From Protoeuglena noctilucae (taxonomy: Eukaryota): 64,000 nt of DNA. The position numbers were made by a program, and so were the translations under genes. Under the pieces are notes generated by a model. It made no database searches, was not told the DNA's origin, and worked only from the letters and a program-made list of their open reading frames with translations. The stretch covers positions 1-64,000 of the forward strand of contig OY253685.1 of NCBI GenBank assembly GCA_958009085.1. Direction: 5' to 3'. Positions within the stretch are counted from its first letter, which is position 1; the number at the start of each line of letters is the position of its first letter. Below, in pieces: positions 53,101-64,000 of this stretch.

Positions 53101-55038
53101 GGTCCTCGTCCCCACTGCCGCCTCCCTCCCCACCCTCGGCACCCCCATCGCAGCCCGCTGCCCCTTGCCCCATCGCAGCAACCCCCTCCCCGGCCCCGCT
53201 CGGCCCCGCACTCTGCGCCCGCGCCCTCTGCCGCTCCTCTTGCGCTCTCCGGGCCTGCTGAGCCCTGTTCCCCAGCACCCTGCTGCTCGGCTGCCCTGAC
53301 CCCTCGCCAGCCTCCGCGCCCCCCTTGCCCCCCGCAGCGCGCACCCTCCCCTCCGCCCATCCCCGGCAGGCGTCTGGCCCACCCCACGCCAATGACACCG
53401 CCTCGTGCAGACGCAGCCCCTCCTCCACCACCCCCAGGCACGCACTGCAAGTGAGGCATCGCATGCATCGTGATGCCTCATGACAGTATGACTGGCATAC
53501 AACATGTACCCGACGCATCACATGCCCATCTCCATTCTGCATTCATTCTCGTCACCTGAGCGCATCCTCAGATTTCAGAAGAATGCCGCGGAAGGCCCCG
53601 GTCCCCGCCAGCCGCGTCAACACCGTGGCCGCCGCCCGGGCGTGCGGTGCGACCGGGATGCGCATCGAGTGCCAATCCCTCTGGCCCTCTGCGCGCAGCA
53701 CAGCCACCGGTGCTGTCCGTCTTGCCGCGCTGCCCAGCGCTATGCTGCTTCCACCACACCAGAATCTGCGCTCACCCGCGCACGCCGCGCTCGCCGCCAC
53801 CAACGCATGTGCCGCACTGGCCACCGCCGCAGCGACGCCCCCGGCCTGCAGCGGTCCGTCGCCGAGCCTCGCCATGGAATCTGCGACGCAAGCATAGCGC
53901 TCGCAGATGTTGGGCCCACTGTCGCCAGCGGGGCCGCCCTCGGCATCTCCTTTCGCAACCCAGGACAGCGAGCGGTCCACGAGGTGAACGGCCTGCAAGG
54001 GTGGAAGCAACGACCGGTATCGAGGACAGGACGCTCAGGGAAAGCCAAGGCGGTGCTGGGCGTGGCCCGTGGCGCACCTGAAGGAGCACGTCCGCGTGTT
54101 CCAGGCCCAAATCCGCCGCGGAGACGCGCTCCTGCACCGACTGTATGCATTCCACACCCTGCGGGACGCGCGGCGGGGCGGGCGGCTGAGGCCACGGACA
54201 CATGCCATGCTGTGCACGCTGTGTGCTTGCACGGTGCCTCACCAAGGCCACGAGGTCCCGCTGCAAGCGGCGGTCATCAGCGAGAATTGCGGCTCCAATT
54301 TTGTCCGCATGTACCCTGCGCGGAGGGACTCGCCGGCGAATCGAGCGCAGGGGTGCGGGTGGCATATTATTGCGCTTAGAGACGACGCCGCGGCACACTC
54401 ACCCCGCTGGCAGCATCGTGAGGCGCAAAATCGTCTGTAGGCGTTCGCTGATCCATTGGAAGCGCGGCGTTGGGCCAGGCTCGGGGCTCTGGGCGTCTGA
54501 GCGGCGCTTCTTCTCGGCGGGTGAAGCAGCGGCGGGCCGCGCGAGCCCCTGGCGGATGTCCTCGGGAAGAGTCTGCGAATACGGCTGCCGGGAATAATTG
54601 GAACGGCGCCGGGCGAGCAAGGGCCCGGTGCATCGCTCGAGCTCACTCGCCTTCAGCAGCTGGAGGACGTCTAGCTTGTTATAGAACGTGGAGACGTCCC
54701 CCTGCACCTCACTTAGAATTTTGTTGACTTTTTCGTTTTCGTTTTCGTTTTTTAAGCCAGAGCTCTTGGAACCGTGGACCTGCACGGGCGCCAAGAGAAG
54801 GCATTGCGTCCCTGGGCAGTGCGAGGCCAGAGCCCATGCCCTCGCGATGGCCGCCATCCCATTCCCACCGTCGCACCATCAACTTGTTCTTCTTAGCTTC
54901 AAGCTTCAGGTGCCCCCCCAACTGCTCTGGAGTGAGGCTGCAGATGAAGTGCACAGATGCCTCCCGGTTGCCCCCTACGTGACCGTCTTTGTCATCGTCG
55001 GCCCCCTTTGCATCGGGGGCCGACTTTGCGGCGCCCAT
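50183..55038 (-). CDS. Uncharacterised large multi-exon protein, Ala/Gly-rich, with a Gly/Lys-rich low-complexity C-terminal region
   Basis: Chain of in-phase GT-AG-bounded exons (LKLEAKKNKLM|VHGSKSS...TFYNKLDVLQLL; HADKIGAAILADDRRLQRDLVAL|GVECIQS...LLQ|AVHLVDRSLSW...). Family not recognised; it could be two genes. Confidence 0.55.
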
Positions 55039-55331
55039 CGCGGCCCCGGGCCCCAACAACTGGAGCGGCGCCCTAGTCGCGGGAAATCTGGACGAGAGGA
55101 TGGACACTACTCTGTGCCCCGATGGGCGTTGCGCATGCAAGCCATGTGGGATAAGTGCGCGTGACACAGATTCCTTGGCGGGCCCCTGACCGGCGCACAC
55201 GGTTCAGGCACGGCACGAGGCTGGCAGTGACACCGCGCCTGCTTCGCTTTGAGCAAGCGCTCGCACAGGGAGAGCGTATCCACTCCTGCCAATCAGATCA
55301 CAACGGCGCTGTGGTCACGCGGCTCTCCTGC

Positions 55332-57113
55332 ATGTCCCCGTGCTGCCGTGGCTCCGCGGCCTCGCCGCGCGTGTGGGCGCGCGCTCAGCACACCAAACGC
55401 GATGGCTTTGCGTTCGACCGGCGCAGGTATCGGTCTTCTGTAGCGCGGAATAGCGTGCCGTGGCCGCGACGGTCGCGCTGCATCACGCTCGCGACGCAGG
55501 GCAGCGGCCTGCTGGGAACGTCGCCTTTCCCGCTGACGCTGGAGCGATGCGTGGGTGACAGCCTCGGGTGAGATGCGCGAATGATGCGAGAGAATTTTGA
55601 CAATGCGATGCCTTTGCAAAACATCGCTTGCCTCGTGCGCGGCGGGCCGAAGGGAAGACGACGCGCTGTGGGCGACGGGCGCCTTTGCCGCCTGCACGTA
55701 CCCGGACCTGCCAGCCGCCCTAACGTGGCGGGGACTCTTGAATCAAGCCATGGGCAGCTCCCGGGTTGGCCAAGACCCGGTCCCGGCGCACCTGCGGCCA
55801 GGCAAGGCCGCAGCAGCTGCCAGGTGTAGCTACAGCAATGCAGGCCAGCCCCGGTCGGACCCGCAAACCCAGCCTGCCGCGCGCTCCATGTGATGTTCAT
55901 GGTCATTTGTGTGAATACCTGTCGTCGCAGGCACGCTGGTCCCACCAGGCTCGGGCCCACTCGTCCGCACGGTGGCCTGTCAGATGAAGAGCGAGAGGTG
56001 AGTGGGCTACTGTGCAGCTGTGCTGGGTGGGCCATGACACGCTGCGTTCTAGTTTCTGCCTCTATTTGCTGCTTTTGTCGATTTCCGCAGGGAGCTGAGG
56101 TCGGCGCTGGTGCAGGCGGCGGGGGGCAGCGGGGGCGTGCAGCGGGCAGGGGCCTTGCTAGTATTGGGGGGAGGGCACCCGGTGCGGGTGGTGAGCCCGT
56201 GGGTGGCCCGCCGGGTCTTCTTGCCCGCAGAGAGGGCCCTGCGAGTCGCATCAGAGATGCGCGCTGCGGGTGAGCGCGGTTGTGGTGACCGCCACCGCTG
56301 CCACTGCGTGGTGCTGCGTGGGCGCACCCGTATCTCACTTGACCACCCTGGTGTATCTCTGGTATGCTTGCCACGCACTGCGCTTCCCTTGGCCCCAGGT
56401 GACCTGCCCCCGGACTTGGAGCTGTGGGCCGTGGCCAATCCCCTCAAAGACGACCCTGCATGGGCGGAAGTGAAGGCCGAGGCGGGGGCCGTGGTGCTCC
56501 TGACGCAGCCGCCCCTCGCGTGGGGACCCTTTGAGGCGTGGGCGGCGGGGATCATGAAGCGGGGGCTGCACAGGGACGTGCGCATCCTGGGGGGTGAGAA
56601 GTTTCTGTCAGGAACCAATGCCACGGGTATGCCACGGTGGTGTTGTTGCGACATGTTTGTTTGTGACTATGTTCACTCCCCGTCTTACGTTCGCAGGGCT
56701 GCCCATCGTCAGCTCGGCGGGCAACATGCGCTTCTGGACAATGCTGTGCGGCGCGGTGGGGCGACCGGAGGCAGAGGAGCACGTGAAGGAATTTGAGAAG
56801 CGGAAGGTGACGAGGGACGGGGGGAGTGCCTGTGTGGTGCCCATCCTGGGGCCTGATGGAACCACGCGGTGGGTGCGAGTAAGGATAAGGGTCATGGCAT
56901 CTGCGCTTCCCACCCACGCATCCATCCCCGCAGTCGGAAGGACCTGCATCGCTGTCCCGATTCCGCCGGCAGTGGGCGCTGGACATGCTGGGGCGGCTGC
57001 GTGCGACGGAGGGCATACGCGGGGCGCACGTGTTTGCGACCACCCGGGCAGCGCGGGGGGAGCTGGCGGGGATGGTGCGGGACGGGTGCCTGGCGGGGGA
57101 GGGGCCGGGTTGA
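55332..57113 (+). CDS. MTHFR-like (FAD-linked oxidoreductase TIM barrel) protein, possibly organelle-targeted
   Basis: WAVANPL...EVKAEAGAVVLLTQPP; RILG|LPIVSS...FW; terminal exon LRATEGIRGAHVF. These match the MTHFR K-x-x-AGA-x-x-x-x-TQ and G-x-H motifs. The 5' exon is tentative. Confidence 0.65.
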
Positions 57114-57229
57114 ACTTGACTAGTAACACTAGCAGTGATTGCGACCGCGGGTGTGGAATTGAACGTGTGACTTGACACCCTGCCACTTTAAACTAGCAAT
57201 GCGTTCCGCCCACTGCTCATCTCGTCACT

Positions 57230-58270
57230 CTACCCCTGGAACCAGCCCCACTCCTCTGGCCCTCCCGACTCTTGCGGGTCTTCCCACTCCTCGTACGGAT
57301 TGTGATCGATGTAATACCCTATCTCCATGTACGCATCCTCGTAGGCGTCGAGTGAGGAGGGGTCATCGATCAGGAAGTCCGACGGCCTCACGCCCCCGAT
57401 GTCCACCGCCTCCGGGTCCGCCCCGCACTTCACCAGCAGCTCGTAGCCGGACGCGTAGCCGTTGCGGGCCGCGCAGTGGAGCGCGGTCGCCTCGTCCCGG
57501 TCGCGCGCGTGGACGTCCGCCGACAGCTCCTCGACGAGCACTCGGCAGGCCTCCTCGCGGCACCTCTCGGCGGCCAGCATCAGCGGCGTCACACCCCCGT
57601 CACTGCCGTCGCCGTCCACCTTGGCCCCCAGCTCCTTCACGAGGTAGCGGCACAGGTTGGCCTGCCCCATCGCCGCCGCGGACGCGAGGGTCCTCGACTT
57701 CCAAGCATCGTCCCCCACGCTCAGAGGGTCATCCGTCACGCCCGGATCCCTGGGGCTTGGTGGCTCAACCAGCTCCTCCGTGTTTACGATGCTCTCCAGG
57801 TAGTCCCCCGGGAGCTGCTTGACTACGTCGACCAGGCCCCGGCCGAGCGCCGCGTTGAGGAGCTCGTACCGATTCCGCAGGGGCGCCCTGGCCTGGCGAC
57901 GCAGCAGGTCCGCCACCTCCTCCTCGCTCATCGCGTACCCCTGCGGCCCCTTGCGCGCCTCGATGGCGACCGTCAAGCTCATTTTGCTCTCTTGGAAGAG
58001 AGCCAGTCGCCACTTCCCGGTGCTCGCCAGGTGAAGGGCTGCAGAGCTCCCGGGCCTCCACAGGTAAACCCACAATGGGCCGGTGCAGGAGACCATCTGC
58101 TTCGGCGCATTGGTTGCGCGGATGCCCCACGCCCTCCAAACCTCGTCCACCTCGTCGCACATCTCCCGCGACACCGCCCGCGCCGCCGCCGCGTCGCGCA
58201 GGGGCACCAGCTGCAGGATCTCGCGGTGCAGCTCCCCGGGCAAGTCGCCCCACGTCAGGCCCCGCGCCAT
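57230..58270 (-). CDS. Intronless F-box + ankyrin-repeat protein
   Basis: WGDLPGELHREILQLVPLRDAAAARAVSREM (F-box); ankyrins LASAAAMGQANLCRYLV, GVTPLMLAAERCREEACRVLV, TALHCAARNGY; acidic tail; single ORF. Confidence 0.9.
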   Translation of the reverse strand: MARGLTWGDLPGELHREILQLVPLRDAAAARAVSREMCDEVDEVWRAWGIRATNAPKQMVSCTGPLWVYLWRPGSSAALHLASTGKWRLALFQESKMSLTVAIEARKGPQGYAMSEEEVADLLRRQARAPLRNRYELLNAALGRGLVDVVKQLPGDYLESIVNTEELVEPPSPRDPGVTDDPLSVGDDAWKSRTLASAAAMGQANLCRYLVKELGAKVDGDGSDGGVTPLMLAAERCREEACRVLVEELSADVHARDRDEATALHCAARNGYASGYELLVKCGADPEAVDIGGVRPSDFLIDDPSSLDAYEDAYMEIGYYIDHNPYEEWEDPQESGGPEEWGWFQG

Positions 58271-59222
58271 GTCGTTCAACTGTACAAAACGCGTGGATGG
58301 CCAGGTTCTCACGGCCAAGCGGCTCCGAGGCTCGCGCGGCATGTCAAAAAAGTGAGATGTACATACACACCCGCTGCGCCTTCCCTCTGCGCTCCGGGCT
58401 CACCTAGATGCTCCTCGCAGCTTTCTTGCAAAGTTTGCACTGCACATCGACGAGCAGTCCTTGCTTGGAGCGCTCAGCGGGTCCACGATCACCGCCTGCC
58501 TGCGTACAGGGCGCAGCAGTCTCACCGTGCCTTCTTCGGCACAGCAACTGATCCCCTGTCACAAGCAGTCAGCTACATTCGTCAGACCTGCATGCTTGCG
58601 GGCTTCCGAGCCCCACGCTGGAGCGTGGAGGCCGTGATCTCTCCCTGTGCTCACCTGAGGAGCCTAGATCGTCGGCATGGGGTGCTCGCCGACGTCCATG
58701 TACAGCGCCGTAAGTGCACAAGCGCGGTTAGCGGCTTGCCACGTCTCGTCCGACGTCGGCGACGAATCGTCGTCAGAAAAAACATGTCACCGCATGTTTC
58801 CCGACCCGAATCCGGAAATCTCGCGTGAATATGTTGGTATCTTTTCCCGCTTTTCCGTGGCGCCCCCGAAGGCTTCTGCACGGCAGCGTCGGTCGTCCCG
58901 ATGCCCCCCCTCGCGCTCGGCAGGGGGGGGCGCGACGCAAGCGGTACAAGGAGCGGTAGCTGTGCTGTGGTTGCGAGGTCGGGCCCGCGACCCCGGCTCG
59001 GGCGCGAGGCGCACAGGTGCGGGGGCACAGGGATGGGTCAACGTCAGCGCTCACCCATCCCGACGGGGTCGACGACGCTCCGGCATGGCAGACCGGCTAG
59101 CGCCGAAGCAATAAAACCTCCATCCATGCAGATCGCCACGCTCTGAGGCCCCAGATAGCGGTCGGGGGCGCCCTAATCCCGCGCGCATTCCGTCGTTATA
59201 TGCGTTCCGCTCGGAAGTCGTC

Positions 59223-61394
59223 GTGCCGGAGGTAGTGTCCTACGAGGACGTCCCCGGTCCCTCGCATTCGCATGTGGCGCCGCGCGCGACTCGGGCCGGG
59301 GCCCTGCCCTCCCCACCGCGTGGGCCGCTCGCGACGCTGGCGTCGCTGCTCGCGTTCCCCGTAGGTGCGTCGCCGCGCGTCCGATACCTCCCCGGAAACA
59401 GACATCGAGATGCACGACTCCAACATGCCGGTTTCGCCTCCCCGCAGTCGCCTGCTGCACCGCGGTGCTGCACGTCTTCGCCCCGTGGATGTTGATCCTG
59501 CCCGTCAGCTTCGCTGGGCTCGAGTTGCCCTTCGCGACCGGCGCGGCGCTGCTCTTGCCGCGCGCGCTGGCGTGCCTGGCCGCGGAGGCGTGTCACCGCC
59601 TCGCGCACCGCCCCACTGCGCCGACCGAACCGGCGTGGGCGCCCGAGAGCCCCCAGGCGCCCGCCTGGCCCCCAGACGTCGCCGAGCTGACCCAGCGCGG
59701 AGTGCCGCTGTGGCAAGTGCTGCGGGGCCGGCCCGTGCCCGGGGGCGCCTTCGACGGCGCAGACACTCCCCCAGGCGCGTGGGCATCCACCTCCGATGCC
59801 GCGGCAACGGTCGACGACGCCGTGTTCGCACCGCCGCCCACCCCCGCCAGCGCCGCGCCGGTCTCATGGGCCCGGGTGGTCTGCCTGGCTTTCTGCACCG
59901 CCGGGGAGGTCCTCGGTGCCACGGGGCTGCTGGGCGTGGCTGCCTTCCGTGCCGCACGCATGTCAGACACGGACGTCACCGCCCTCGCCTCCACGGCGGC
60001 GGCGGCGGCGGTGGCGGGCGTGCCCGGGGGTGCGGCCGTCGCGGCGGGGAGCGCCGCGGCTGTCCTGCTGTCCCAGCACTCGGTGGAGTACCTCAGGTGA
60101 GGTGGCTGATCGCACAGTACTATTACACAAAGATATTCTGATAATGTATTCTGATGATGTCAGGTGTGAATTCTGTGACTGGTCATGCATAGATTGTTAT
60201 CGCTCTCTTGTTGGCACCACTGCCCCCATGCACCCATGCTCTCCGTGCGCACGCCACCCCTCTCACCTCAATCACCCACGCTGCCCCTCAGGTCCCCTGC
60301 CCTGGCTGCCCACGGCCCCTTCCTCCCCGCCGCCATGGCATGCCTGGTCCTGGGGGCCCTGTCGCTCTCCATAGGCCCGCTCCTCGCCCTGAGGGGCCGA
60401 CTGGGCACCGTGGCTGCGTGGGGCGCGCTGGCCTGGAGGCAGGGACACGAGGGGGGGTCCCGGGGGCTGAGGGAGTCTCTGCTGGGGAGCCAGGACTCGG
60501 ACTCCGACGATCCGTCGTCGCAGCGGGGGGCGGGGCAGACGGGGCAAGGCGGGGACGCGGGCAGCCGTCACAGCGCGGTGGCAGCGGCGATGCTGATAAC
60601 CGCGGCGCTGGTGGGGGTGGCCGCGGCGGCATCGACGGGCGCTGCGGCGGCGGTGCTGGTGCCCGCGGCTGCCCTGGGCGCCCTGTCTGCGCTGCGGTGG
60701 CGCGTGGCAGGGCGGCTGCGGCGGTCGGCGGCGCGGTTGGCTGCATCGACTGGCGCCCCGAGCAGCATGCGCACGGGGGCCGAGCTGCGCGCCGCGGGGG
60801 TGCTCGCGGCGGTGTTGGCCGCCGTTGCCGCCGCCCCGCTGGACGCGGCGGTGTTTGGGCAGGCGCCCTGGGCCACGTGGGTGGCGCATTCGTACTGGCG
60901 GGAGCTGCTCTTGAGGGAGAAGGTGCGGATGACATGGGCGATGGGATGGATAGCAATAGAAAGCAGGCGTGTTGGCATGTTGTATGACCCATGTGTGCAT
61001 TCATGGGTGTCTAGTTGTCTGGTTGTCTGGCTGGGGTGTCACGTGATCACGTGGGTGATCACGCACCCACCCACCATACGTGCCCTCCCCACCTGCGCAG
61101 TCCCTGGTGGTGGCGTGCGCCGCCTGCCTCTACTCTGCCATGATCTCCGGGTCCGACTGGCTCCTGACGCGCACGGACGGCCCCGCTGCCGCCCTCTCTC
61201 GCCGCCGTCTGTGGCCGGGCGCGTTTGCGGTGCTGGCGGCCGGGGGGGCGCTGTGGTGGTCTCTGCCCGTGGAGCTCCTCGCCGCCTCCGCCGAGGCCCG
61301 GGGGGTCCTCTGGGGCTCTGCCGCCCTCATGGCATTCGGGATGGCCAAGGCACTGGCGACGAGGCGACATCGCAAGGCCCGCGTATCGCTGTGA
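59223..61394 (+). CDS. Multi-pass membrane protein, possibly DMT/EamA-like; start not resolved
   Basis: Four GT-AG-bounded hydrophobic exons (ORFs 59465-60100, 60185-, 61080-61394) with about 8-10 TM-like segments and a central polar loop. Confidence 0.55.
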
Positions 61395-61887
61395 TCCCCA
61401 GCTGAGCTCACAGGGCTGCACTTGTACCCTTTCGCAAAGCCTCTTTGATGCGTGATAGTGACGGGCATAGATGATGATGACTCCAATCCACGCGGCCCTA
61501 GCTCCTATTAGCGTGTCGCGAGAGAGTTGAGTACGTGGACCCACCACGCTTTTCGTTACCCTTTTTCCGAGCGACTGGCCGCGAGCATCCGGCAGTCGCA
61601 TCTCGCCCGGCAAGCTCTCCAGCTAGCCTAGGTGGGCTCCTCTGCGCAGACGTGACATGCGTGACCTGCCGTGCTTTGATTCAAATGCTATGGATCAGCA
61701 CTGAGGGACGATGCGATGCGTGCAGGAGAACTGCACCCTGTATCTGCAAGTGGAGTGTGACTCCACTCCACGAGCACAGTGCACAAGCACAACATCTGTT
61801 CTGACACAAGCGTCTCATCCGCACAGGTGCGCACATCTCAACAACGTGACCCATGTCAACTGCATGGCTATCGCCACCCAGCACACG

Positions 61888-63838
61888 TCACAAGTCGTCC
61901 CCCGCCGCCCCCGCCCCCCCGCTCCCCTCCTCCCCATACCCCCCCTCGCTGTCCCCATCGCTGTCATCACCCTCGCTCCCCTCACTGCCACCGCCAACGC
62001 CCACATCCGCTCCCCCCGCCCACTCCCCGCTCTCCCCGCTGCTCTCCGGCCGCATGATAATGCCGTGCACGTGATCCAACTCCTCGCATTCCAGCACCTC
62101 AATGCGAGACATGACGGGTGCCCATTCGGGGACAGGTGATGGCGATGATGGTGATGGTGGGGGTGATAGGCGGGATAGGACGTCGCGGAGGAAGCCGGAG
62201 ACTAAGAGTACCTCCTCATTCGTGATCTGAGGGGGAGGTGGGAGGTGGAGGTGGGGGTTGACGAGAGGTGGTGATGCGGGTACAACGGGGTGCAGTGACG
62301 AGTGGCAGAGGCAACAAGAACATCGAGTGGTGAGTAGACGGCAAAGTGGCTCATTTAATTCAAAACTGTGTTACTTGACAGTGTCTGAGTCACAGACATT
62401 TCTCACCAGTGGCGGCTCCAGGGAGGGCGACGCCTTTTGGATCTCCCGGGCGCACCGCACCAGCTGCCACACGTTGACGGCCATCACGGTGCCGGGGTGG
62501 GCAGTGGACCTGAAGGGAAGGCAGGGACAGCTGGTTAGTTAGCAAACAGTCGAGTGAATGAGCCATGAGGGATGGGCTCATGCGGGTGAGGTTCAATGCA
62601 AGCGCAAGCCAACCGGTACACACGTCAGCATTGCGATGGACGCATGCCAGCATAATCGACACCCATCAACCACCAATATCTCACCAGTGCCACGTCTCTC
62701 CCAATCCCCCCAACCCCGCGCCCCCCCTCTCTTGCACCACCCCGGCACCGCCCCCACCCTCGCCCCTCACCCCCCCCTCCTCCCTCTTAACACCCCTAGC
62801 CCCGTTCGCGACACCCCCACCTCCACCCCACCCCTCGTCGTCTGTCGTTCCCAATGATGTGCTCGTGGACGCAGTTTCTGACGCTGATATCGCCTCGCCA
62901 GTACGCGCGCGTGCGTGATGAGAGGGCGATGGGTCGGTGGAGGGGCGCGGGCGCTTGCGAGAGGGACGGCGAGACTGTGTGTGGGAAGGAGAGGGAGCGT
63001 TGGTGTGTTGTGATTGGGTGGGGTTGTCGTGCGGGAATGGATGAGAGTATGAGGGATGAATGACCCACAACACACCAACAGGGTTGCCATGTGCGTGTTG
63101 TTTGGCAAGTCATCATGTTGAATTGTCATGTACTATCTGCACACCCCCCATCTCCTCCTCACCCTCTCCGCCCTCTCCGCTGCCGCCCGCACCACCTCTG
63201 CCACCCTGGCTGCAAAGTACCCCTTCAGTTCCCACGGCACCGTCTCCTCGTACCACGACTGCAATCACAGATAGAGAGTAATGGTGATTGATATGAGTGC
63301 CCCTTCAGTTCCCACGGCACCGTCTCCTCATACCAAGACTGCGATTACAGATAGACACAGCAATGGTGATGAGTAGATGTGAGGAGATATGGGTAAATAT
63401 GAGTTGACATGAATGCTGAGTTGGACAGCAGCGAGGCATGAGGGATGGGAGGGGCAGGGATGTGCAAGAGTGGCCACTGTTCATGGTGGGCATGCCCTTT
63501 AACGTCATCAATGGCCACTCTTGTGTCGCAGCGGAGAGGCAAGGGGTGGGGCGCAGCTGGGTGCAACTTGGCAAGCGGGGTTGCGGGACTCACACGTGCA
63601 TGTTGGGGGAACAGATGTAGATAGCACAGCATGCACGCCACTCACGTGCATGTCGATAACACAGCAGTCATGCATGCCACTCATGCCACTCACGTGCAGG
63701 TTCCCTGGCAGCTTGAACAGCAGGCATGCGCGCTCGACGGCCGATGGCACCGCCACTGCCATCTCCCGGCATCGGGGGGCGCCCAGCAGGGTGCGTCCAG
63801 CAACCGTGAGCTCGGCCCATATGCGGTGCATGGTGTAG
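61888..63838 (-). CDS. 3' part of an uncharacterised multi-exon gene continuing beyond the window
   Basis: Exons HRIWAELTVAG...LLFKLPGNLH|, SWYEETVPWELKGYF, STAHPGTVMAVNVWQLVRCAREIQK...|ITNEEVLLVSGFLRDVL... with an acidic tail ending at 61888. Confidence 0.55.
63221..63355. repeat. Direct repeat, two ~55 bp copies 80 bp apart, spanning a 3' splice site
   Basis: cccttcagttcccacggcaccgtctcctc... occurs at 63221 and 63301 with a few mismatches. Confidence 0.9.
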
Positions 63839-64000
63839 GTGGGGGACATGACGGGCTCTGAGAGTGGGGTGAAGGGTAAGGGTAAGATAGAGCAATGGGG
63901 TTTGCGGGTGTTGTGTTGATGACGCGGACCGTCACACATGCGACGACATGCATACGCGACGACGGCTGCCACACGTGATGTCCTTTGGCACCCGTCCCTT

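Overview
Left end of a chromosome from a very GC-rich, intron-rich, gene-dense eukaryote. A Tic40 gene points to the green lineage, most likely a green alga, here with vertebrate-type (CCCTAA)n telomeres. Genes read by eye, in order: an ankyrin-repeat TRP-type channel whose last exon runs into the telomere before helix S6; V-ATPase subunit a; SAM-domain kinesin-13; a ~21.5 kb gene for a giant (~6,700 aa) single-pass surface protein (cadherin-like, putative propeller, ~25 filamin/Ig-like repeats, REJ) with one internal frameshift; Rav1/DMXL (RAVE); MIF; Tic40; an unknown multi-exon gene; an MTHFR-like gene; an intronless F-box/ankyrin gene; a multi-pass membrane protein; and the 3' end of an unknown gene. 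Main oddities: a telomere fused directly into a channel exon, the giant adhesin/polycystin-like protein, repeated GC-AG introns, alternating C-rich/G-rich synonymous codon patches, and ~80 bp duplications spanning 3' splice sites. All family calls come from recalled motifs, not database searches, and exon boundaries are manual.
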